From Azolla caroliniana (Eukaryota > Plantae > Polypodiophyta), in contig JBHGNT010000425.1 in NCBI GenBank assembly GCA_043228905.1, positions 1 to 26,526 on the forward strand: a DNA stretch of 26,526 nt. Reading direction: 5' to 3'. The notes beneath the pieces were generated by a model. The model was not told where the DNA came from. It made no database searches and saw only the letters and a program-made list of their open reading frames with translations. Shown piece after piece: positions 1 through 9,800 of the stretch; within the stretch, counting starts at the first letter, position 1, and each line of letters opens with the position of its first letter. The position numbers were made by a program, and so were the translations under genes.

Positions 1-521
1 CCATTTCTTTCCAAGATATTTTTCATCAGAATACTTTCTTCAAAGGTGATCATAAAGAATGATGTTATTTCCATGAAGCTAAGCATGTTAACTTCACAAA
101 TGCGACTAAGTGCATCGATGAGAGTGTTCACGGAACCTTTACGATATCATATGGAAAAATCAAAGTCCGGGATGAGATTTGTTCATCGTGCCTTATGACC
201 CTTAAAGTCTTGTCGGTCACAAAAATATTTCAAGGAATTTTAGTCCATAGTTACCACAATGATTTCGATAAAGATAATGGCTCCATGACTTTAGTGCATG
301 GATAAAGTTGCTAATAACTCCTTTTCTTAACGGACCAGGGTATATACTGACATTGAGTAGGATCAAGTTTCTTACTCTCAAATGTCATTGGTTTACCATC
401 TTGATGTCAGGAGCAGTACTAAGACAGAGAAGTATTGTTAGGAACAGTACTAAAACAGAGAAGGAATTAGTACTAAAAGATGAGGTTTAGTACTAAGGGA
501 GGTGTAGAACTCTCGAGAGAA

Positions 522-525
<4 letters not shown>

Positions 526-560
<35 letters not shown>
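526..560. repeat. (AG)n microsatellite inside the solo LTR
   Basis: Uninterrupted AG dinucleotide run. Confidence 0.95.
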
Positions 561-565
<5 letters not shown>

Positions 566-669
566 GATAACAAAAGATATATATTATGTTAAGGGAATAT
601 ACAATAGTAGCTAGGAGGCTTAAGACTGGCATTGAACTGATTTGGTTCGAAATAATGCCTTGTGCCTCC

Positions 670-676
670 TTTTATA
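670..676 (-). promoter_or_regulatory. TATA box of the solo LTR (CTATAAAAGG on the minus strand)
   Basis: Plus-strand cctTTTATAG lies between the HSE array (upstream on minus) and the CT-rich segment (downstream on minus). Confidence 0.65.
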
Positions 677-685
677 GTGTTCTCA

Positions 686-730
686 GGAGTACTCCTGAAG
701 TTTCTAGAATGTTCCAGAGAAATCTGGAAT
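686..730. promoter_or_regulatory. Heat-shock element array (alternating nGAAn/nTTCn pentamers)
   Basis: Four contiguous perfect units tGAAg tTTCt aGAAt gTTCc (696-715). In-phase degenerate units gGAGt aCTCc precede them and aGAGa aATCt gGAAt follow. Confidence 0.75.
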
Positions 731-790
731 ATACATCAATTTTCTATAGTAAAACTTAAATGATAAATGAAAATAAAATCTTTTGTATTA

Positions 791-860
791 CAACATATAG
801 TTTAATGGTCAAGAGCTCGACCCATGTAACATAAGGTCATGGGTTCGAGTCTTGCCATAT
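791..860 (+). other. tRNA-like segment (Pol III A-box/B-box) within the LTR terminus; degenerate, not a functional tRNA gene
   Basis: A-box-like TAGTTTAATGG (798-808) followed by TCAAGAGC, and B-box GGTTCGAGTC (842-851), with 33-nt spacing. The acceptor and anticodon stems do not pair well. Confidence 0.6.
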
Positions 861-1245
861 CATGACACTTGACATAAAACAATAGCTATAGAATAATCAC
901 TTGCCTGAGTTTCAACCTGAAAAGGTTTTGAAGGATCTAGTAAAAGAAGCAAAGGAACCTTGCACATCTAGTTCTTGAGTTCCTTAAAGGTGAGATCTAA
1001 CATAGCTTTTCATACTATTGGTTTTATAGACTTACACGTTTGACCTTTAAGAAGATCAGTAAACAACGATGTCAATTGGGAGTAATTGTGAAGAGATTTT
1101 CACAAAAACTCGACAAAACCAAGGAATGATTGAACTTCTCAAATATTCTGAAGTGTGGGCACTTCGACTTTCTCAATGCGAGAAGGATCAATTTCATCTC
1201 CTATTTCAGTTATGAGATGTGTGAGATATGTAATTGATTTCTTGA

Positions 1246-1486
1246 AGAGCAAGTACATAATTGAGGACATGCTTCAAGCATATGTTGCCACAAAACCAAC
1301 AAATTGGGAATGTTATTTCCCAATTTTGGAGTTTGTGTATAATATCTACAAGCATACATTGACGAGTTAGTCCTTTTATGTTGGTGTATGGTTTTCAGCC
1401 ACAAGCCCTAATTGAGGTTAATATACATCATGATGAGTTGCAAAGTGTTGAGAATCAAACTCAACTTTCCTAGTGTGGGAACACAC
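1246..1486 (+). repeat. Left arm of long inverted repeat (Gypsy integrase fragment plus the first 13 bp of the adjacent LTR)
   Basis: Near-identical reverse complement of 2307-2517. It translates as IIEDMLQAYVATKPTNWECYFPILEFVYN..KHT....FMLVYGFQP, the C-terminal part of a Gypsy integrase core. Confidence 0.92.
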
Positions 1487-2046
1487 GTTAGGAATACCCA
1501 CGTTGTTACCCCGTACGAGATGTACGGAGAGTCAAGTGTGATGAGCGAGGGTCGAATGTTATCATGATGTTGTGTATGTGTAGGGGGCATAAATGTAATT
1601 GTGAGTCTATACGTATGTGAACACATGCACACGTGTGTGCATGTGGATGGATACGAGGAGGTGTGAGTGAGTGTCCAATATGAATGCTTGAGGGGGCTTA
1701 CACCCCTATGTATCTACCCCCTCTTGTACTATTTAACCCCTTATGGGGAATGAATGAAACATGAATAACCATTTCTCTCTCTCTCTCTCTCTCTTTGACA
1801 TCTTTCTCTCTCTCCCCCTTAACGTTGAACCCCCTTGGGAGGGGGTTGGAGCCATTCTAGGCACCACCCCCCACCCCGCAATGCTTCTCAATGCTTGTCT
1901 TGCATCTTCATGATCTCTCACCATCATACCATTCATCATCTCCACCATTACACCATGTCTATCTTCATCATCAATCATCATCATTATCATTCTCATTAAC
2001 CCTAACCCTAAAAACCTACAACACCTTTTGGCGACCACTAAGGCGA
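1474..2046 (+). mobile_element. Probable 5' LTR (~1474-2020/2023) followed by PBS-like TGGCGACCACT (2029-2039)
   Basis: Imperfect inverted termini TGTGGG...CCTACA, an internal CTATTTAA followed by CT-rich sequence, and a TGG-initiated PBS-like motif just downstream. No partner LTR is present in the window. Confidence 0.6.
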
Positions 2047-2306
2047 CCCCCCTTTGGAGACGGAGTCGAAGAATGATATGTGGTGATGCAAGTCAATAAC
2101 GACAAAATATGCAAGAAATGGTGATGGTGATTGAAATCCATCGAGGAATGCAACAGGGTGATGTTGTGCGCAAGGAAGATGAAGAATGTTACGTGGTGAT
2201 GATCAGCAAGAAATGGAATCGACAACAATATGCAAAAAATGGCGACCATGATGTGCATGAGAAGCAAGAAATGACAGATTGATTATCCGTGCCATGATTC
2301 TGATTT

Positions 2307-2517
2307 GTGTGTTCCCACGCTAGGAAAGTTGAGTTTGATTCTCAACACTTTGCAACTCATCATGATGTATATTAACCTCAATTAGGGCTTGTGGTTGAAA
2401 ACCATACACCAACATAAAAGGACTAACTCGTCGATGTATGCTTGAAATAACATTCCCAATTTGTTGGTTTTGTGGCAACATATGCTTGAAGCATGTCCTC
2501 AATTATGTACTTGCTCT
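2307..2517 (-). repeat. Right arm of long inverted repeat (30-bp internal deletion relative to left arm)
   Basis: Reverse complement of 1246-1486 lacking ccaattttggagtttgtgtataatatctac, with only a few substitutions otherwise. Confidence 0.92.
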
Positions 2518-2519
2518 AG

Positions 2520-3704
2520 GACAAGTTGCGGAAGACGGCGGAAACGGAAATTGAACGGCTAAAGGAAGAGCTCCGCCAGCAGAAGGACTGCGAGGACCGG
2601 GCCCGTCGACAGATCAACGCATGGCTCAAGCAAAAGACAGATGATTTTGAGCACCTGCACCGGGACTACAAACGGTTGGAAACGGAGCATAAGGAACGGG
2701 TGGCCGAGCTCCAGCAGGAAGTTGATCGGGCCGCAACGGCGCTCGCCGACGAACGAGCGGAAAATACAAGACGGTTGGACGAGGTGGAGAAAGTCCGGAT
2801 GGAGCTCCAGAAGCAGCAGCAGGAAGAAAAGGAGAGAGCATCAACGGTATTGCAAAAATTACAAAGCACATATCAAAGGCAATTGACGCATTACAAGGAG
2901 CAGGCGGAAGACAACGTCAAAATCATCAAGCAATTGAAGGAGGAACGGCAAGCTGCGGAGATCAAATCGCAGTTGGGAACGGGCCGGATTCAGTGCATCC
3001 TCCGGGCATGGCTGAATCAGACAAAACGCTTGATTGACGAAAGCTCCGTAAGATGGTGGACAAAGTGGGCACAAAATGCGGCGGAACTCCAATTGCTACG
3101 GGCAGACGTGGCAAACCGGCGGAAGGAAGGAGATGATTGTTACACGTTGACTTCCGAGGACTTCACCGCCATACCGGACGAGCTGGCCGACGACTTCCAA
3201 GTCTTGGCGGATGAACAGCTGGCGCAGGTCTAGCAACTCGTAGCTCAGCTAGACGATGATAGGCTGGACACTCAAATCCAGTTTGAAAGCTACGAGCGGT
3301 CCTGGGTTCGGGAAGAAAAAGCACGGGAAGCGGCAACGGTTAACCTTAGTGATGAGGAACCGTCGCCGGCCGAGGGCCAGGCCGGAACCAGTCAACCGGA
3401 GACCACTATGACGGAGGGAGCAACGAAGGAGACGCCGGTGTCAGAGCAACAAACGGAGGAGCAGCCGCAACAGCCACCAAAGGACCAGTCGCAGCAGCCA
3501 TCAACGGAGCAACAACAGCAACAACAACAACAACCAATTCCAAATGAACCATTGGAGACTCTCGAACAAAGCATTCTAGATATTTTGGACGAAGAATGGC
3601 AAGGGTCGGATGTGGATTCGACGTACAAGGTACTGTCCCACGGGCGTGCCATGTGTTACCGGCCCGGCCAACAAAGGAGTCCAGAGTGTGAAACGGGGAG
3701 TTAG
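2520..3704 (+). pseudogene. 5'-truncated retrotransposon accessory ORF (coiled-coil, Trp-containing segment, acidic/Gln-rich tail) with one in-frame TAG at 3231-3233
   Basis: ORFs 2526-3233 and 3408-3704 share a frame and the 58 codons between them are open. The region is GC/CpG-rich relative to its flanks and runs into an LTR-like sequence at 3654. Confidence 0.6.
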
Positions 3705-4091
3705 TTAATTATTAGGAATGGTTGTAAGTAAGCTATGAGTGTGGACGGACGGACCGGAATCGGTATGCCGTTCCAGATCCAGACCGATCCCGAACAGGTG
3801 TGGATGGCACCGTTTTGTACTACAGACCGGAAACCTATTTAAAGGCCCGGATACAATGTAATGAGCAGCGGTTAATTAATAAAGCTTAGTGTTGTTATCT
3901 CTCTATGTTAATTGCCGTTCTGCATTCATTGTTATATCTTACGCGTGTGAATATTAAGGACGATCATGCTAAGTAACCTAATTAAGTCGGATTAATCGTT
4001 GAGTCTAATCCTATTGCCGTAACACCCCTTTGGTGAAGTGTCTTCCGTAGACACCCTGTGTTAGGCCATTGTCCGGCCCTAAGAGTTAACA
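3654..4091 (+). mobile_element. Probable 3' LTR of the element carrying the accessory ORF
   Basis: Inverted termini TGTTA...TAACA, an internal CCTATTTAAAGG TATA-like motif (~3835) and AATAAA (~3878). Confidence 0.65.
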
Positions 4092-4097
4092 CACGTG

Positions 4098-4324
4098 TGT
4101 GAACTCTCCACCTCCTTGTATTATAAACTAAGTGTCATAGAAGTTAAGTCCTATGACACATATTAAGTAGGTAGTTAAGTCTCCAAGTCTTTTCCAAATG
4201 GTGGTTATAGTGAGAGAACATAGAGAGAGGGTGACTACATTAGCACCTTCTCCTTCTCTTTGTAACTATTGGTTATTGTATTCTCTTGTTCATACAATTT
4301 TCTAGTTTTCTGTGTTACTCTATG

Positions 4325-4405
<81 letters not shown>

Positions 4406-4455
4406 CACACATACACACACCTTCCACGGCACAGAATCATATCTAAATCTTTACA
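4098..4455 (+). mobile_element. 5' LTR of a Ty1/Copia element
   Basis: Termini TGTGAA...TTTACA, immediately followed by a tRNA-iMet PBS and then gag. Confidence 0.8.
4326..4402. repeat. Long (CT)n microsatellite in the Copia LTR
   Basis: Perfect CT run of about 77 bp followed by a short CA run. Confidence 0.95.
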
Positions 4456-4467
4456 TGGTATCAGAGC
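4456..4467 (+). promoter_or_regulatory. Primer-binding site complementary to tRNA-iMet (TGGTATCAGAGC)
   Basis: Exact canonical plant LTR-retrotransposon PBS directly after a CA terminus. Confidence 0.92.
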
Positions 4468-4562
4468 GCTTGGTAGCTTGATCCAAGTCGATCTACATGT
4501 GTCATGCTTAAACCCACATTCACAAAGAATCGGCTGATCGTTGTAGCAGCAATCTGGACAGT

Positions 4563-5330
4563 TTGTATCAAAGAGAAGAAGAACAACAACAATCGCTCAA
4601 ATCGATTATCATGAATATTCGGATGGGAAGTTCTCTTCCTACCAAGAAACTCGACAGAAACAACTTTGTATCTTGGGAATACAAGATACACAAATGCCTT
4701 GTCGGCCAAGGCTATTGGGGGTATATCGAGGGAGCACAAGAAAATCAACCCAACCCAGCACATACCACCACCCAATCTAGGAGCAAGTGGCGAATCGTGT
4801 GTTGTATTGCCCTGCATCATGCGTTCATGATCACATGCTTGGCTACATCTGAGAGGCCAAAATGTTGAAGGAGGCATGAGAAACCCCAAAAAGATATTCG
4901 TGGCCAACACAATCACATGAAAGCTTCAACTCCGCCAAGAGTTGAATAGCATACAACATAGGGATATGTAAATCGACAACTACACCTTGAATATCAAGGA
5001 GTTGTGCAATTTCCTCAAGTTGATCAATGTTAATGTTGACGATGATGTAATGCTGCAAATATGCCTTAGCGGCCTTGCGCCTCGATTCGGCACAATGAGG
5101 TCAGCCATCCTCACAAGGGAGAATCCTCCCTCATTCTTCGATCTCCAATCAATGCTACTAGTCCAAGAAAATTACGTCCGAACGAGGAGCAACGTGCAAG
5201 AAGGACACATGCTCATTTTGAACTCGGATGGAGGAAGGGGGCCGATTCAGTCAAGGCCGTCACAACCAAGAGCCACCCCGCGAAGATAACTTTTATTACC
5301 AGCAAGACGTTTTAAACGCATGAGGCAGAG
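4563..5330 (+). pseudogene. Decayed, 3'-truncated Copia gag
   Basis: MGSSLPTKKLDRNNFVSWEYKIHKCLVGQGYWGYIEG (gag N-terminus), then KLQLRQELNSI and IKELCNFL..INVNVDDDVMLQICLSGLAPRF...RENPPSFFDLQSMLLVQEN, with frameshifts. No pol follows. Confidence 0.85.
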
Positions 5331-6099
5331 CGTCAAGAAGTGATGTGTGAGGGGGTCTATAGAAACTAAATGTATATGAAACTAAATGTTAATGTATTTT
5401 TTGGAGTGTTTGACTCGATGCATGAATGTGCATATAAACATTTTTTGAAGTGTTTACTCAATATGTATGTCTAAAGGGAAATTTACATTGGTATGTAGGG
5501 AAGGGTATTTGGGGAAATATAGATGTGTGTTTTCCTTTTGAATTAGATTAAATATGAAGGAAAAGTAAAAAGGGAGGGAACTGAAGTTGACACAGAGACG
5601 AAAGTAATGAAGCTCAAGAGACAGGGTGAGATGGCGTTAGTTGACGCCACTTGCACGTCGAGAGGGGAGACGGTGACAACCATGACAACAAATGGAGCTA
5701 GAGCATCCTATAACAAGTAATGATCGTGACAAACAGTGGTAGATGATGGAAATAAGTGGCAATAAGACGGCATAGGGTCGAACTTTCACTCGAAGGCTAA
5801 AGTCAAAGGCTCAAGATTTCGGAAAATTAAAAATTTGACCCTTCATTTGAAGGTAAATTCTCCCAACTTTGTGGTTTAGACCCCCTCGTCATATGTCATC
5901 TGGTGGACAAGACACCGTCTTTGGTCAACATGGCAAGTTCAATTGTTTCCATCCAAAAATTTACTCATGTGCTTATATCTTTTCATCTAGTGCCTAGTCT
6001 ATATTCTAAAAATTATGAGGTGATCCTCGCAGTGAATTCTCAATGACATTAACTAGATATGTATGACTCTGAACAATGATCTTAGAAATCCAATTATGA

Positions 6100-6700
6100 T
6101 AGATGAATGATAGAGGTCATCAATGGCCTAATAGTGTGCCTCAAAGCCTTAAGAGTTACCACTTAATAAGGCAAGTGAAATGAGGGAACATGTAAAGTAA
6201 TACATTACTCGACATGTAAAGTGGTGGCATCGAGTTTTAGATGCAAGATGGCAGTCTTACCTTCTATTTCGTGCAACAATGTTTCTTTGACATGTGATGG
6301 TTGGTGGGTGGCTTTCAGCGATGGCTTTAAAATGAAGATATATTTCAAATGGGACATGTTTTTTCTATACAATGGTTGACAAAGATGCCCAACATAAGTT
6401 CATTACATGTTTGATTGATAAAGCCATTTGGGAGGTTATATCATAACTTTGGGCATCATTAACATGAAGTATTTTCTCACCTTTTAAGTGAGTTTTTATT
6501 GATGAGGATAAAGTTATACCCCCGCCATCACATCATGTTGTATTTGACTACCTTATGTATTGGGCGATGTGGTTTAATTGGACCATGAGAAATGGGTTCT
6601 TGTTTGATGGACTTCTTGGGGTAACACAACTCCGTAAGATGAAAGGAAGTTTATTTGGCAATTTTCACAACTATGTTGTATGGGGACGTTGTCCCAAGAT
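6100..6700 (+). mobile_element. Decayed L1-type LINE ORF2 C-terminus (zf-RVT-like region)
   Basis: One frame from 6219 reads KWWHRVLDARWQSYLLFRATMFL*HVMVGG..ALK*RYISNGTCFFY..DAQHKFITC..AIWEVIS*LW..YWAMWFNWTMRNGFLF. This is the degenerate CxxC..H..C and W..W..RN..F pattern of plant L1 ends. Boundaries are approximate. Confidence 0.7.
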
Positions 6701-6703
6701 GAG

Positions 6704-6813
6704 GTAGAGTTATGTCATCTAGTATTACAACACTTGAGAGGCTTTACCTTGCCATATCACTACTAATGAAGTCATGGATTATCATCTTGTTTTAATAACA
6801 AACATAGATTTAT
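6704..6813 (+). repeat. Dispersed repeat, copy 1 (matches 17481-17607)
   Basis: Shared core ttatgtcatctagtattacaacacttgagagg..ttaccttgccatat..ctactaatgaagt..ttgttttaataacaaaca. Confidence 0.85.
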
Positions 6814-9800
6814 GGGGGAAAAACAAGTGAACAAATACATATATACATAGACACAATTGGCACCTAAGGTGTATCGCTACCATAGTAATCTTATGAAGCT
6901 TGGTACCTACTACTACCATCATGGGGGTGGTAAGAGAGTAGTGAGTGATCTTTTAGGCTTAGAGATGTAGGTTACGGTGCTTATGGCAAGCTTACCACTT
7001 CATTATAAACAATATCCCTATATACTCATGGTAACATCCCCTTTCTTATACGATGAGTTCTATGAATCTCAATGTATGAACAAAGATTTGGTTTATCAAG
7101 AAACAATCAATAGAATTCTTTTCTATAACTATGGCAGTAGTAAGATCGTCAATGGGTTCCCAAGCCTTATATGTAGGTGTATCTCCAAACCAATCCGATT
7201 GTAATACAATGTCCATTAACACATCCTTGACACAATTCACAATTAACATCTTCAATATCAGCAACACAAACCCATTCAAGTCGACATTTCAAAAATGTGG
7301 TTGCAAACTAGTTTTTGAAAAACAAAAATATCTTAAAAAGTTGGATCTCTATGAATTGCAATAAATAATTAAATGACATGCAACGAAACTCACAAGTAGT
7401 GTTATTTTAGTTATTTTCCATCAATTAAAGCTTATTGCTATTTAACAATAAGTCATTAACATACATATATTTTAGAATCTACTTGTTTATGTTTGTGTCA
7501 TGAATTTATATATCACTTGACTTACCATTCCCTCTACACATCAACAATAGACCTTATGAAAGATAGTAGTTTTAATTCATATACGTCTCTTATTATATGC
7601 TATGCATATTTGTATCATATTTCTCTTATTTTCTCAAATGCCCCTGAATTTTCATTTTTCCCAAAATATGCTTGTCCAAAATAAGAAGAAAATAGCATGA
7701 TTTGACCATACACTAATTAAGGAAAAGGGGATTAATTTCCGACAAAATTTCTCAAATAGCACATATAATTGCTCTTTGGGAGGTGACAAAAAAAAAATTG
7801 AGAAACCATTAAAAGTCTAGAGCATTGGAGATATAATGAAAATAGCAATGTGTTTGATAGTTTTGTCATGCATGATTTATTTATCTAATTGACCTACATT
7901 CATTTGATTAATATTGTATTCATTCATTGAAACTTTGAGTTTATTACCTCATATGTATAACAGTATATGTATAGTTTCTCTCTTATATCTATATTATTAG
8001 CATTGTTTTTAAATTTCAATGCTAATTTATTCACATTCAATTGGTGTAAATGTTGGGAAACCATATTTTTAAGAGAAATAGTAGTATCGATTTATGTGTT
8101 GCCTAAGATCACAAAGAGGTTTTGTAATTGAAATCAACACAAAAACCATTACTGAAGACTTGAATACATAGCTTTGCATCACAAGATTTTCCAATAGTAC
8201 ATCATGTTACATGGAATGGAATTCCTTCTCATAGTTGAATCAAGATCATTTGTTCTCCTTGACGTATGCATGTATACAATATATACATATATATAATATG
8301 GTGAAAATGAACGGTACTCACGTATAAACAAGTGGAAAGAGTCACCTCATCTAGCCTGAAATAGAACACTTCGAGTCGTCCTTATGTATTCAAGTCATCA
8401 ACGTTGGATTGTCCAAAATAAAATAGAATACTTTGAGTTATCCTTACGAACACAAATCATCAACATTGAACTATAAGAAATAGATAAGTTTTTTCCTTAG
8501 GAAACCAAGTTATCAAGTTGACATTAAGCGAACAATGATTATTTGTCAAGGTATAAAGTGGCAAGGCATGGTAAGTTAGATAATAAAAGAGGATATTCTT
8601 TGTCCATCTCAAAGCCAAAGTCAAGGTTCCATTCACAAAGGGATTTGGTTTTTTAAGATGTGAGAGGGATTTTGAGATATAGGTGGATGAGAGGGGCCTA
8701 CATTGTTCCAAGTGTATCATACTCTATGAACCCATCAAGAGTTTCTTGATGAAGAGCCATAAACAATAATGCTTCAAGAAGTCGTTATTAACGAAGTGTT
8801 AGTTCCACCTATTTTGTTATGCAAGAGAATTTAGGGCTTCCTTGTAGGCAGTAAAGTCCACAAATCAAGAATATTTTTAGAAAGGGCGAGAAATTTTGAG
8901 ATTATTAATGTGAAAGTAAACCTTACGTTAAAAGATGAACAAAAAAATAATTGGAATTGCAATTCTCAACAACTCGTTATCCTCACTTATCAATAATGCC
9001 AAAGTCGTTCTTGAAGACTTGGGATGTTCAGTATGTGTGGTTTTCTAGCGAAGTAGAGACCTCCCATGGCATCCATTCATATGGAAAGGTAGAGAAAGGT
9101 ACCCACTCGTCGATCTCTTCTAGTCATGTTTGAAAAGGCTCCTTTGATATGGTCTTTCCTCTTGCATCAATAGTCTACAAAAACCTAATGATACAGGAGA
9201 AACAAAGTTCCCACCATCCCCCAAAGTTGGCGCTCTTCTAAAGGCTTGTTGATTGTTTACATTTTTTGGAGTATATTCACATAAAAAAATCTTTTAAAAA
9301 TCGTTCATGAAAGTTACAACATGCAAAGAATATTTTGTTGACCCAACAAGCAATGACCAGTATTCAATAAATTGTGGAATACTAATTTGCATACGTTATC
9401 CTCGTAATATGTGGCATTGCCAAATTTTAGACAAACTTGGTACTAAGTTACCCAATTATGGAAGCATCATACTTGGTTTGATATATCTAATTCTATATCC
9501 ATATGTTGGAGTACGGTTTGATTTAGATTTTAAAGTTATTATTATACCATGTTGCAAAAGTTCACATATACGGAAATAAAATCGGGAGTTTGACAAATGC
9601 CAAGTTTTTTAGTGGAGATATGTTTGTAATACATTTAGGTTTGCTAGATTCAAAGAAACTTACCATTATTTACATGTAAACAATTAAACGTATCATAGTT
9701 GGGCTTCTTCTTGATTCCCACGCACTCATAGGTCTCATTCCTTTGCATCCTTGTTGGAACCATAGTAATGAGTAGCACATCGTGAGGATCTCCCTCACCA

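Larger units (their letters stand above)
405..867 (-). mobile_element. Solo LTR (463 bp) with 5-bp target-site duplication CTTGA
   Basis: Termini are TGTCA (405-409) and TGACA (863-867), with CTTGA at 400-404 and 868-872. Removing the LTR and one TSD copy restores the host RNase H frame LCQDGKP. A minus-strand TATA followed by (CT)n sets the orientation. Confidence 0.92.
1..1245 (-). mobile_element. Decayed Ty3/Gypsy pol fragment (RT C-terminus, connection, RNase H), interrupted by a solo LTR at 405-867
   Basis: Manual minus-strand translation gives KSITYLTHLI..G..IDPSRIEKV, EVQSFLGF, TDLLKG, DPSKPFQVETQASDYSIAIVLCQ|DGKPMTFESKKLDPTQ, EKELLA, IHALKSWSHYL, SLKYF and DFDFSI*YRKGSVNTLIDALSR. These are Gypsy RT/RNase H motifs with stops and frameshifts. 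Confidence 0.9.

Noticed and set aside
414-497. CRISPR-like array from spaced short repeats (also 21867-22190)
   Set aside because: The repeats are too short and irregular, there are no cas genes, and the context is eukaryotic TE sequence.
791-860. Functional tRNA gene
   Set aside because: The acceptor and anticodon stems do not pair and no anticodon can be assigned. It is kept only as a tRNA-like segment.
1997-2018. Telomere-like TAACCCTAACCCTAAAAACCTA
   Set aside because: Only two to three imperfect units at an LTR end, so it is not an interstitial telomere array.
4235-4537. ORFs with ERERER or SLSLSL runs (also 450-632 and 1733-2038)
   Set aside because: These are translations of (GA/CT)n microsatellites.
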